This document shows positions 52,686 to 64,000 of a stretch of 64,000 bases of DNA, piece after piece (the first letter of the stretch is position 1; every line of letters starts with the position of its first letter). This DNA is from Bispira polyomma (taxonomy: Eukaryota): positions 9,858,001 to 9,922,000 of the forward strand of contig OZ287756.1 in assembly GCA_965649765.1 (NCBI GenBank), written 5' to 3'. The notes beneath the pieces are model-generated. The model saw only the letters and a list, made by a program, of their open reading frames with translations. It ran no database searches and had not been told where the DNA came from. The position numbers were made by a program, and so were the translations under genes.

Positions 52686-52890
52686 TGCACATATTCAAAC
52701 AAGAAGTATGGGTGGATATGATTTTTATTCATATGTCTTTATTCATATTTTTATCAGTATCTATCTTTATTAGAAACATTAAACAGTCTGAGAAAACAAA
52801 GTCTTAAGTACATGTACAAAAAATGACCAAAAAGAGTTATACTACGAAGTTAGTCACTTCAAGAAACCAGACAGGTTGTCTGTGGTTACA

Positions 52891-55635
52891 TTAGACGTGG
52901 TCACAATGGGGGGTCACTGATGTAATGGTCTCTAGTGCAACATCAAATGGGGCTTGGGACGTTAGAAGGTCCGTGTAAGTCCCTCCGGATATAACCTGTG
53001 TCTCTAACACAGTAACAGGAATCAATGGCTGTATAGTGGTGTCCATAAGTGCAGTGGCACTCCGGGGGGTGTTGGCTGCATATGGAAGACTAAAATCCAG
53101 GTTCCAGCTGTCCATTGATGAGGTTACTGTTGCTGACCTGGTTGCTGTAGTGGTGCGTGCAGCTGCTACTGGCTTTGAAGATTTTTTGCTGCAAAACAAA
53201 ATCAATACGTTGTTACTTTTGATTTCACTATTTCTTGACGTAGCTTGCAAGACATAAGTTTAAACTTAAAACCAAAAACTTAAAACAACAGATTTATACC
53301 ACAGATAAAACTAAAATTAGTGAAAACTGGAGAAACAAATATGGATTACAGCAAGTATGTATGCAGAGTCAATTTCATTATCCCCTACTTATTTTTGACT
53401 ATTTCTTAACAATAAAATGTCGATTTGAAGGACATTTTATTATCCAAACAAATTGCCACTCTTCCAATATGGTCGGATAATAGAGTTTCTACTGTATAAG
53501 GTAATATTGGATATGGTATATATTAACGTTTATCACATGCTGTCAGGTTATAGGTTAATTATATTTTAAGTGCCACAACTTAACAGAACATAAATTACAC
53601 ACAACAGACCATAGGTCATAACATATGTTATACCAGAACATAACCTGCAACCCCCAATAAACTTATAACATAAGGCACATTCTTACAAAAAATTACTTAC
53701 ATATATCTATGAAGGAGCTGCAATGCCTCTACACTGAACTGTGCAAAGGTCCTATCGTCTAGTTGTCGGCAGGTGTTGCCAACCATAGCCCCAAACTGCA
53801 GCCTTAGGTCCGCTGACAGTCCCTGTTGCTGGGACAATGTGTCATATATCATCCAGTGCAGTCTAGAGGTCTGGTTGGCCTGCTCCAGGATCTTTTCCAT
53901 GATGTTTCTGTCCTCTTTGTGCAGTGTGGTGTGGGGCACAGTGGTGTTTGTTTCACAGTCGCAGTAGTCTCTACTTCATCTTCTGCTGGTATTCCTGCAT
54001 CCTGGCTTTCGGGCAGATCTGATGTTGATTTACCCGGATGGTTTTCCAAGTCCACTTGCTGCTTAATAACATGCTCTTGGTTGTAGTTGAGCTGAAAGTG
54101 CAAAAATAATTCAAGACATATTACTAAACATATTCATTCATGGTGAAAGGCATTTCTCTTCCAGGCTTCCAGCATTATAGGGTGACTTTATTAATTGCCA
54201 TGCTGAAATTTTGAAAAATATATTCAAGAGATATAAAGACAAATTGAAATTTTGGAAATTAAAACTTACTAATACTACAGTAGAAACTCAATTTTACAGA
54301 CATCTTGGGAGAGTATGGAGTTGTTCGAATAACAGAAGGTCTGTAAAATTTAAGTTGCATTTTAGTTTAAACCTGTAGCAAAAATTTTCTCCAGCAGACT
54401 GAAATTATGTCTGCAAAATCAAATATTCGGATAATAAATGGTCAGCTATTAGAACTTCCACTGAAACACTACACAATACTGCACACTACCACATTTACTA
54501 ATGGGCATTTGCTACTACTACACACTACCAGTTTTATTTTAATTATAATTATAAAGTCAAACTTACGGTTATGTTTTTACGGTTTTCCAACCGAGATATC
54601 TGGCCAAACAGAAAACTGCACTTCGAGACAATCCATTCTACCCTTTTAGTAGGCTTACGGTAACCAGATCCAGAGGGTGGCAGTTCAGTATGGCGTGCGT
54701 ATGTATTGCGCATATACATATACAGTGGAACCTCTACTGTCCGACTATATTGGGATTGTGAGAATTTGTTGGATAATAAGTCAAATGGAAGTGGCATTTT
54801 AGCAAAAGAAAATAGCCCAAAAAAGTATGGCATAATGCAATGGAGTCCATGAAATCGAACAGTCGGATAACAGAGGCTCGGATAGTAGAATTTGTACTAT
54901 ATAACTATAATAGATATATAACTGTAATACATACAATAACTACAGCTCAGCAATATTAATTACATACATTCACAGATATCACTGTAAGTATGTGGCCTCA
55001 CATTGTACAGATAACCACCAATTATGAAAAGAGAGGGCCTGGGTTTGACTCCAATCTAGAGAAAACAGTTACATAGTGTCCTGGATAAGCTACTAGGCTA
55101 TACAAAATTCGAGTTTTTCTGATATTTTATCTAATTAAATGAAAGTAAATTTTTAATTTACATAAAGTGTTTAATTTCTGAAATACATATCATTACATTG
55201 AAGAAATATTTCACTAAATAAATGAAACATCGCAATACCTGTAAGATCAAATTCCTCTGCCTTTCTTCCCCAGACAACTAGTTTCTCGGCACTAGCCACG
55301 CTGTATTCTCTGCTCTCCTTATCCCACAACAGCTTCTGAGTTTTGATCCACTCAACGGCATCGTCCTCTGGTTCCCGATCCAGTTTAACAGTGGGCTTCT
55401 TGTCACGTTTGATTTTCTTAACAGATGGCCTCTGTGTGGCATCACTATCAGTTGAACGGCCCTCATGGTCAGAAGACTGCTGACCTTCAGTGTTGGTCAG
55501 TGCAGTAACATTCTGCTGGTCTGACTGTGGCACTAATTCCGGCTGTACCACCACATCAGACTGTGACTGCAGCTCTGGCTGGAACTGAACACTTGCAACC
55601 ACTCTGCCGCTAGTGGCATTTCTTCTCCTCACCAT
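52891..55635 (-). pseudogene. Harbinger ORF2: spliced MADF/Myb-SANT-like DNA-binding protein, disrupted
   Basis: Exons 55635-55239, 54921-54567 (MITE inside), 54091-53701 and 53188-52891 are GT-AG and phase-consistent. The MADF-like segment reads VEWIKTQKLLWDKESREY...W.RKAEEF / MRNTY...SGSG...RVEWIV...SFL. One TAG in exon 2 and a frameshift in exon 3. Confidence 0.78.
54723..54899. mobile_element. Tc1/mariner-type MITE inserted in Harbinger ORF2 exon 2
   Basis: ta|CAGTGGAACCTCTACTGTCCGA...TCGGATAGTAGAATTTGTACTA|ta; relatives near 8290-8430, 38332-38523, 43237-43435 and 54277-54465. Confidence 0.8.
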
Positions 55636-56923
55636 ATTTATTGCAATGCAATTCAACAATAACAGTTATCCAATAATACAATCAAATAATAATTACACAC
55701 TTAACGAATCACTGATAGAATTTAATAAATATCCAGTACAAATATAATCCAACACTTTTCACATGAAAATCACATATAATTAATTAATAAGAAAATTCCT
55801 AATCCAAAGTTTCTAATCCAACAAAAAGTACAAATCCTTGCATTAAAATTCATAGATGACTGAACGACTGTAAATGTGTGCCTGCGAGCCTGTATATATA
55901 CCCATACAAGATTTCTTGCGTCATAATGCGAGACCTTATAACAGCCAATGGGGGAGTACGTACATAGCCTTCTGTATTTAAACTTTTCTGCGAAAACTCG
56001 GGTGTCTGTACATGAACTTTATCGTGCTCTTACAAGATTGAACCTGCCCTTGCGTGTTTAGCGTATGTCTGCGTGAACCAACATAAAATTGCGACTGATG
56101 ACGTGGGAAAATGCGACACGATGCGACAGTTGACGTGTATTTGCGAGTTCAAGCGTACTTCAATGGCCGTTTCAACGTGAGATTCTTGCGTTAATGCTTT
56201 ACATGGAAGAAATGGCTTCAACGAGGCAGTACGTCTGTTAACATTTCATACGTCACCTTGCAGGGTAATGACGAACATTCACCCATTGTGACGTATATAG
56301 CTGTTAAAGTACACGAAATGTCGCAATGCTCATGTGAAAATACCCATTTCAGTACGTCAACTTTAGTTAGCTTTTGCGTGTCCAAATTTCAAATGGTTTG
56401 AAATTATTAATTTCTTGCGTGTCATCTCTCACGTCAGGTTATGCTTGCTTAAGTAATGTACGTCAGCTCCCGCAAATACCACGCAAAAAACCTACGCAAA
56501 TTAATTTTCTAGCGACAGCAAATGTGACGGCCGGGTGGGACCAGGGCATTATAGCTGGATACAAACTCTATATTGATCTTGTCGATCTTGTCAAACGCCC
56601 TCTTCGAAACTCTCATTTCCCTGCCTCCAAACTCGAAACAGTTATTGGCCCTCCCTGCTGCATGTTGCTCTTTTGGTGCACTTTGCAGGCTGTAATATTG
56701 GTGTTGTGTGCCCCCAGGATGTTGTCGTCTGCTTTCAGTAAATGGAAAGAGGGAATAGGATTTACAATTAATGTTTTTTATTTCATGATGGAGCTCTTAG
56801 GTTAGACTGGGCAACTCAGTTTAAATATATTGTCAGCTTCAGCTCCAGACTAAAAAAAAAAAAAAATGTTGAAATTGTTCAGTTCTTTTCTTGCAGTGAT
56901 ATAACTTCTTCAGTATGGATTTA

Positions 56924-57211
56924 AGGCCCAGCATCATGCTGAACCCAGTAGAGGTTAAGACAAGCTTGTCAAGGACTCCAACAAAGTTTATCCAGGGTTG
57001 ACACAAGTTCGACAAGAATTGCTCTACCCAGAGTTAGTCTGAGTTAGTCAGAACCTTACACAGCACGTATCAAAGTGGAAGTGGAGTTAACCAAGAGTTA
57101 AAACTCAGGCTAACTCCGGCTAATTTAGTATGAAAGTCAGTTAAGATCGGCTTCATCTGTGACAATATTTTTACCGGTTTGACCAGGGTACATACCAGAA
57201 TAATTGGGCCT
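56924..57211. mobile_element. Degenerate Harbinger-like MITE
   Basis: tta|AGGCCCA...TGGGCCT|tta termini; internal degenerate short repeats. Confidence 0.45.
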
Positions 57212-58307
57212 TTAAATCGTTAGTTGCTGTAGCTATTATTTGTTTATAAAAGATAAGTTAAACTAAAACACCTTAAAATTTTATAGGTCAACTGGACACT
57301 TTTGTATGTGTTTGGGTTAACAGAATCCCATTTTAGTTACATATTACTCAATAAAAATCAATCCCATTGTTGACCAATACTTTTTATTCATGTACATAAA
57401 ATACTACTGAATGGATAATTAAAAATAGCCTTAAATTCATTTGTATTTGTTTTATAAATTTGTTCCTGGTTTGTCTTTATTTTATTCATTTATTCGGATC
57501 TAACCCTATTAACATAATAGATCTTCTTTCAGCGATTAATCATTACTTAATTGAGTCAAATATTTGTGTCCTATTGACACAAGCACAAGTCATATCAAGT
57601 TACATGATATACCAATCAATGCTATTTACTAAGACGCAATAAAGTCGGCTGAGAATTTGAATCAATGAAGCAAGCATCTCTCATAAAACCTGAATGGGTG
57701 ACTTTAGATTTGGTAAATATAGTTCAATTTAGTTGTGTTTTAGGTTGTATTAAAAATAATAGGTAATATCACAGTGGCCAGATTTAAGGGTGGGGGAAAC
57801 CAGTGCTAAATCAATGTGTAAATCAACGGCTTATGGAAAGTACTAAACCTACTTTCACACATGAAGGAAGAAGTGGAATTGAAAGCCAAATTTGTGAGAA
57901 ACAAATAATTCGAACTACTAGGCCACCGTTGCCCCTATGATGGTAAAATGTATTGAGTTATTGTCTATGAATAACCAAATCATCCTATTAAATATAACTG
58001 ATAAACCAAGGAATAAAAAAATATGAGGAGTTAAATTGTTAGCTGAAGGATATTCATCTGTAAAATGAAAATGCTAGTAATTTTCAGCAATTAATAGTGC
58101 CTCTTTAATTTATTTGGAAATAATATTGGTAAAATAAAGAAAGTTTTGTGTGATCATTGAATCTGTGTCTTTACGTGGTTTATAAATCACCAGAAATATC
58201 CGCACCTCCCAGAATGAGAACACAAAAGGAATTTACAATGGACAACATAAGACACAATCATTTTTGAAAAAGAGAAACAAACAAGATTTTTTTTTACATT
58301 TTTCTAG

Positions 58308-58558
58308 AAACCTATGAATTCGAGGTGATTAGGGATGAAAAGGAAAATGAAGCTGAGAATATATACAGTTATTGTCCACACCTAGAGAAAGGCTATGGTC
58401 TCTCATTGCAACAGTGTGAGTACCTTGCATGTAAGACTGGTGGGAACTTGGTAAACTATCGGGCTAGAAGTAATGTCTGTTTTGTGAGGACCTGTCCAGT
58501 GGGCAATTGGATGATATATCCTGTTTCGCATAGATACATAATTTCCGTGAGGATATAG
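58308..58558 (+). CDS. Terminal exon of a Cys-rich PAN/apple-like protein (paralogue of 59634-59881); upstream exon appears decayed
   Basis: tttctag|AAACC; (E)TYEFEVI...CPH...LSLQQCEYLACKTGGNLVNY....VCFVRTCP...*. Confidence 0.6.
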
Positions 58559-59633
58559 GGACATTGGTACATATTTATATAATCAAAGTCACCAATATTC
58601 TCTAGAAGACATTCAAAACTCAAATTCGTATTCAACCCATTTGAAGGCTATGTGTAACTCATGGGTATGAGAAATAGTCTACTCTTGTGACCATTCATTT
58701 TAATTTTTTGGGGGAAAATTAAAGCTACCCAGGTAATATCTGTAATGTAATGATATCTGTAATGTAATATCTGTAATGTTGATATAAACGTGATTGCTAG
58801 TTACACAATTGTTTTTGTTAAAATAGTGTTTGATAAAAACATTCACAGAATGGGTTAAGGTACAACCAGGAAGAAAGCCTTAAAACCTTTACCTTTTAAA
58901 CAACTTTGATTAAAAAAAACATTCACAAGATGGTTTATGGTACAAAAAGGAAGTTTTTACCTGTAGGATACTAAACGGATTTTGATTTTGTATGTCATAA
59001 TAGTTAATCCCTCAAAACTTACTTTGATCTGGGTTGTAAAGCACTATTTATCTTAATAGATGATTTTTTAATTTTTTTAAAATTTTTGTTTCTCGTATTA
59101 GTTATTCACATGTGCAATAATTTTTCCACTTTCACTTTCAACTTGGATGTAAATGCTTTTACATATGATATATTTAAATGTTACAATGGATAAAAATCAG
59201 CCCAAAAAGCTCTAATCAGTTGTAATTTAATTTCACCTTTCACTAATAATAACATGTTTCTCAAAGACATTTTTTTACTAAATATTATATCTTAGTTGAG
59301 TCCTGGGTTTAAATATGATAATTTTTTGTATTTTATATCATAATAAAAAAAAAAAAAACAAACGAAAACAGACAATCTCACTTGATGTAATAAGTAAATG
59401 TATATTATCTTTTGATTTTATATTGATATTCATAGCAGATAAATCGCTTTGATAAATTTTATTGTTCCATACTTTTTTCTTTAATTTTGCCCAAATTGAT
59501 AATAAAAAATATATCCTTAATAAATTCCAAAAATACTTTTACTCAATATTTAACAGGCACCAGTATACATACGATAAATAACCCCGGCCTTAATTGTCGT
59601 CTTTTTGTGGTATACACAGTGTTGATAATAAAA

Positions 59634-61378
59634 TCACTTTCTGACAACCACTGTGTGTCTCTCCCCACCATAAGAGCCAATCATTGCATCATTCAGTGGA
59701 CACTGTTTAATGTGACAGACCCCTACTTCTGTGTGGTAGTTGGCCGCATTGCCACCCTGTTCACAGATTCCCTGATAACATTGCTCCATTGTGACACTGG
59801 ACAGTGAAAATATATGTGGACAGTGGGTGATTTTGCTTTCTGCTTGCTGTTGATCCCACACTATGTCAAAAGAACAGGTTTCTGCAACACAAAATAGGTA
59901 TCCACAGTTATATGGCTGTATTTCACTTTTTACTCTGTGTTGAAAAAATTTATGTCCCATTGCGTGCTGCATTGATTTTACTGATGGAACGCATCACGAG
60001 GTACGGAGTTGTTTACTAGGCGAAATCATTGTAAAAGTGTAACTGCACATTTAGCTGTACAGATATATATTATCAGAAAAAATACTGCCTTCAAACGTTT
60101 ATATAAATAGATATAATTTGTGATATTTATAACTAATGAGGTGTGTCTGTAAGTATGTGCTTGACACATGTACAATGATTTGTTGCAGAAACGACTCTGT
60201 CGCCAACGGCTGATCTATTCTCTGAGCAGTATATCCACGAAAGCAGCAATTTATCTTTTGATTGTAAAGGCACAGACAACCAACACCAGTATTACCTTAG
60301 ATATCTGCCGATATTTTTTTACCCAAATACTTACAGTGTAGCGACTTGCATGTGTCAGATGAGATCAGATTTTGTTTATTCAAGAGGGCAAAAAATAGGC
60401 AGATTTGTACCGATGTTTAAGGTACACATATTTTCATAAAACGGGCGATCTGTGACAAACAAACTATAAAATCAGTGAACACCGGGATATATGATATAAA
60501 AGTGTAGGCTAAGTGTGATTCCATTAAATGGTAAAAAAGGCTTTGAGGATGACACTAATTATCTATGTAACTAAAGACTCTTTAGCACAGGCCAGATCCT
60601 CAGACAAAGATTGCCAATACTGCTGCCGGTCTTTTATATACCAAAGCATGTTTTAGTCACTAAGCCGCAGTAGCTAAACATCTTCCATTTTGTGTAACAC
60701 AACAAAATAAGGAATGCTGGAATAAGAAAATTGACGAGGTGTCAGCAAAAGTATGATGGCTTTATCACTTGCTAGTCTTTTGACAATATTGTTCAGTTAA
60801 CACATCCAAAGTCATATGGTCTTTGTTGGTGTAGTAGTAACATACTTGCCTCCCACCTTTATTGTTGTGGCTTCGAATCTCAGCCCTGGCATGTATGTCG
60901 GAGAGTTGGCAGCAGACTTGCTGAATGCAGCTCGTTTGCAGAGGAGAAAACCTGAACAAACCACTTTTCTCACATTTTCGCCACCAATTATATTTGTTGG
61001 CATGCTAAGACCCAAGAAATAAAACAAAAATATAAACATATAATACATTTTCTTACCTTCAAAAAAAGTTGTATTATCATCTTCAGTAAGGCCTTGAGCA
61101 AATGAAAATCCGCTGAACAACTGACACAAATATTTGTCATCACCGGCTGTATTGGTGATATAAGTAACACTGAAGGAATAACAGTTTGTATGCTGACGAC
61201 ACATCCGGTAGCACTCAAGTACATGTCTCACTGAAAGTGCTCCTAAAAGCACTTGTGAAGCTGGATAATTTAAGTTGACATTACTGAAGCTCCTATACAA
61301 GTTTCTTTGGTAAATCAAATCAGATGTTACCAGATGTAGGAAGAGCACAAGAGAATATAAAGCTTGTTTATTTTTCAT
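59634..61378 (-). CDS. Small secreted protein with a PAN/apple domain plus a second Cys-rich PAN-like domain (exons 61378-61057 and 59881-59634)
   Basis: Signal-peptide-like MKNKQALYSLVLFLHLVTS. The PAN-type C-x3-C-x5-C-xSF...CQL pattern reads ECYRMCRQHTNCYSFSV...CQLFS. Donor GAAG|GTAAGA (phase 1) joins acceptor TGCAG|AAACC in frame. Confidence 0.72.
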
Positions 61379-64000
61379 TTTCTTTTGGTATTGTTATTAA
61401 ATGTAGACTGGTATGCGTTATACTCTGAAATAGATAAACTATATTCCATTAACAGCTATCCCTGCATAATAATGAGAATAATTTGTAGAAAATCTTGGAG
61501 GGAATAAATGTTGTCATTTGTTATCATGTTTGCTCAATACCGTGTAGATATCAATTTATTTCATCTTATGTTAATTGAGTAAAAGCAACCCCCCATTCTT
61601 TACCTGTTTATATTACAAAAATAGGAGATATTTCTTGAAGAAAAAACTAAATGTGAATGTACTAAGCACCAAATCAATACAAATACTTTTCTTTCTAGTG
61701 TGTTTGATAAATTAATACTTACATGAAACCATATAATTGTATTTTAGTTTACAATATACCTAAGAAAAAAAAACTTAATCAGGGAAAAATTGAGAAATAG
61801 TGGCTTGTATTAAATCTCAAGCAATTATATTGAAATCTTGAAATACAGACAAAGAGAGAGCAAGCCTACGCTTCCATGTTTCTGATCCCAATGTTGGCAG
61901 ATCGGATACGTTTTTGGGTTAGATGTTGGCTGATTTTAATATGTTTGTGTCTGTTACATTTCATTGGAATCACATAAGGAAATGGAGAAGTACATCTAAG
62001 AGGCAAAAATCTGTCGCTTCCTGACCAAAAAAATCTGAAACTTCTGGCAACATCTGATTTTAGCCATCACGACCACAGAAACACCACTCTGTCCATCCAA
62101 ACCACACACTTCACCATTCCCTTTGTTAATCTGGACAAGAGTTTTTTCCTCCATACACACGCCATATTGAAACTGGACACTGATTAGCAAGCTAAATTAT
62201 TCATTATTTTTTATTATTACGTATTTTTAACGCGTTTTATTGATGCTAGCTATCTTCTAAAGCACAACAACAGAATTAGTAATCTAAACCTAAAGAAAAT
62301 TTCACCACCACCTTCCCTTTAACACAGCTGTAATTAAGGCATACTACGATTAGGTTGATAACTATGGGTGGCTGGGTTTGACCCTCGGGCCATGTAGGAG
62401 AGGCTAGACCTCACCCAGCTAGGCGGTAGGTGTCGTAGGCCTATGGTTCTAGGCCCCCAAGTTAATCATCTGTACTTCTTCACAGTCTAGGATAAAATTG
62501 TTGCTTATATGTCTGCTTATAAACTCTTCTCAGTACTGTTGGTTTTGACCTCTTACAGTGTTGTACCTAAATTATGTTATTTGTTTGCTAGTCCATTGCT
62601 ATAAAAGGGTTGTCCTTTTTATATGGTGTAGATACTATGGGTTGATCATATATGCTGTGTAATACCTGAATATTTGCTATATTATACACGGGTGTTTTGA
62701 ACAATATAGTAGAATTTAGAAAAAAATGATTTCAACCCCGATTACCCTGTATATTAATGTGCTAACTTGTACACAATAAATGCTAAAAACTCTAGTTTTA
62801 CCACATCTTTCACACATCATGTCATTACATGACCTTAGCTGACCTTATCTTTCAAACTCTCAGGTGAACTGCATCTGTTGTATTTCTGAGTCATTTAAGT
62901 GAGTACACAGTAAGTACTCAGATCGCCCTGTATATATCGGACACATGGAGTTGTAGGGTAAGAATGACAAAAAGTACAAATCCAATGAATTGCACACATC
63001 TACAGATACCTGGCCAATTATTAGTTTATGGTATTTTAGTTTCTCTCAGGGGTAGGCAAAATAACAATTTTATGTCAGTGACGTGGAGTATCGATATAAC
63101 CCCCATCATAAAACGGTTGATTTGGCAAGTTGTTTAAGGCTTTAGTGACGTAAACACAAAAGACGATCGCGGATAACCACGTGATGTGTGCTTGAGCTTC
63201 TCAGAAACTGCACCACTTTTTCTTTGTGGCCTTAAACTCGATTTATGGAAAACATATTTACATTTTCATGGGTAGAAATAATAAAGCATGACATCTATTT
63301 TAATTATATACTAATTCATATATTTTATGTGTCATTTTAATACATATTTTGAGACATACAATGCATATAGTAGTGTGTAAAATTGTAACTAAGATGGGTA
63401 ATATTTTCAAAGTACATGCATCACAAACGTGACACAATTCATATACCAAGAAGGGATCGATACTGAAGTATTGTACATGACTAGAAAAAGGAAAACATCA
63501 GCATTATTTTGAATGAATTCGTTTTTCAATTAAAACACAAAAACTGGCTTATTTTAGAAAAACATTAAAATTACACTCTTCTTAACAGAAAGATGTTTTA
63601 TATTCTTTGTTTTTATAAAATAAGGAAACATATTGAAAAATGTAAATCACTAGAAATAATATACATGTTTTATAAAGTTGTGTAACATATATCTTGTGCT
63701 GATATATGCTGGATCAATACTCGTATTATGTCACAATAGAAAGGACTCTCTCCGAGACTTGTTTACAAATATGACGTTCTACATAGATTTTCAAATTGTG
63801 TGACGTCACAACACAAGGATGGTTATATGGGTGTTTTTATAGTTTTGTAGCATATTATTATCCTTTTGAATTGTCTGCACACATAAAAATGGTTAAAATC
63901 CTTACTAAAGTGTGCTTTTAAAGTCCTCATAGTTGATATACAGAGTAGAAATGGCTCTCGTAAAAATAGCATGCTTTATTCCCGGCCCGTTTATGTGTTT

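Larger units (their letters stand above)
51010..56548. mobile_element. Decayed autonomous-type PIF/Harbinger transposon (left end not located)
   Basis: Convergent transposase and MADF ORFs; CpG-rich subterminal region at 55870-56530; probable right TIR GGGTGGGACCAGGGCA followed by TTA (56549-56551). Confidence 0.75.

Noticed and set aside
52320-52773. Repetitive ORFs in the ORF track
   Set aside because: They are translations of the 19 bp minisatellite.
60850-60951. Optional middle exon (CAG acceptor, GC donor) in the PAN-like gene
   Set aside because: Phase-compatible, but the polypyrimidine tract is weak, the donor is non-canonical and the peptide is unrecognisable. The two-exon model works without it.

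Overview
AT-rich, repeat-dense animal genomic DNA, probably molluscan or other lophotrochozoan (inferred from composition, the SINE/MITE repertoire and the protein content). Positions 2219-38035 (+) hold most of a multi-exon choline transporter-like gene of the SLC44A2/A4/A5 (CTL2/CTL4) clade; its first exon(s) were not found and probably lie upstream of the window. The main observation is three separate clusters of tandemly duplicated, phase-matched, intact alternative exons. Three variants encode part of the Cys-rich first extracellular loop (6744-6887, 8661-8798, 11109-11225). Two variants encode TM2-TM3 (16506-16618, 18808-18920). Two variants encode a late TM/loop segment (32077-32198, 33424-33542). 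Together these form a candidate mutually exclusive splicing system with up to 12 isoforms. Around the clusters are decoy duplicated acceptors, paired fold-back MITEs and a GCATG cluster that may regulate exon choice. The right part of the window contains a decayed PIF/Harbinger transposon (transposase plus a spliced MADF/Myb-like ORF), DIRS tyrosine recombinase and L2/CR1 RT fragments, and a tail-to-tail pair of PAN/apple-like secreted protein loci. A Penelope GIY-YIG relic, several tRNA-derived SINE families, many MITEs and a minisatellite built from a SINE tRNA head lie in the introns. All coordinates were read by eye. Exon borders follow AG/GT and phase continuity; repeat borders are approximate.
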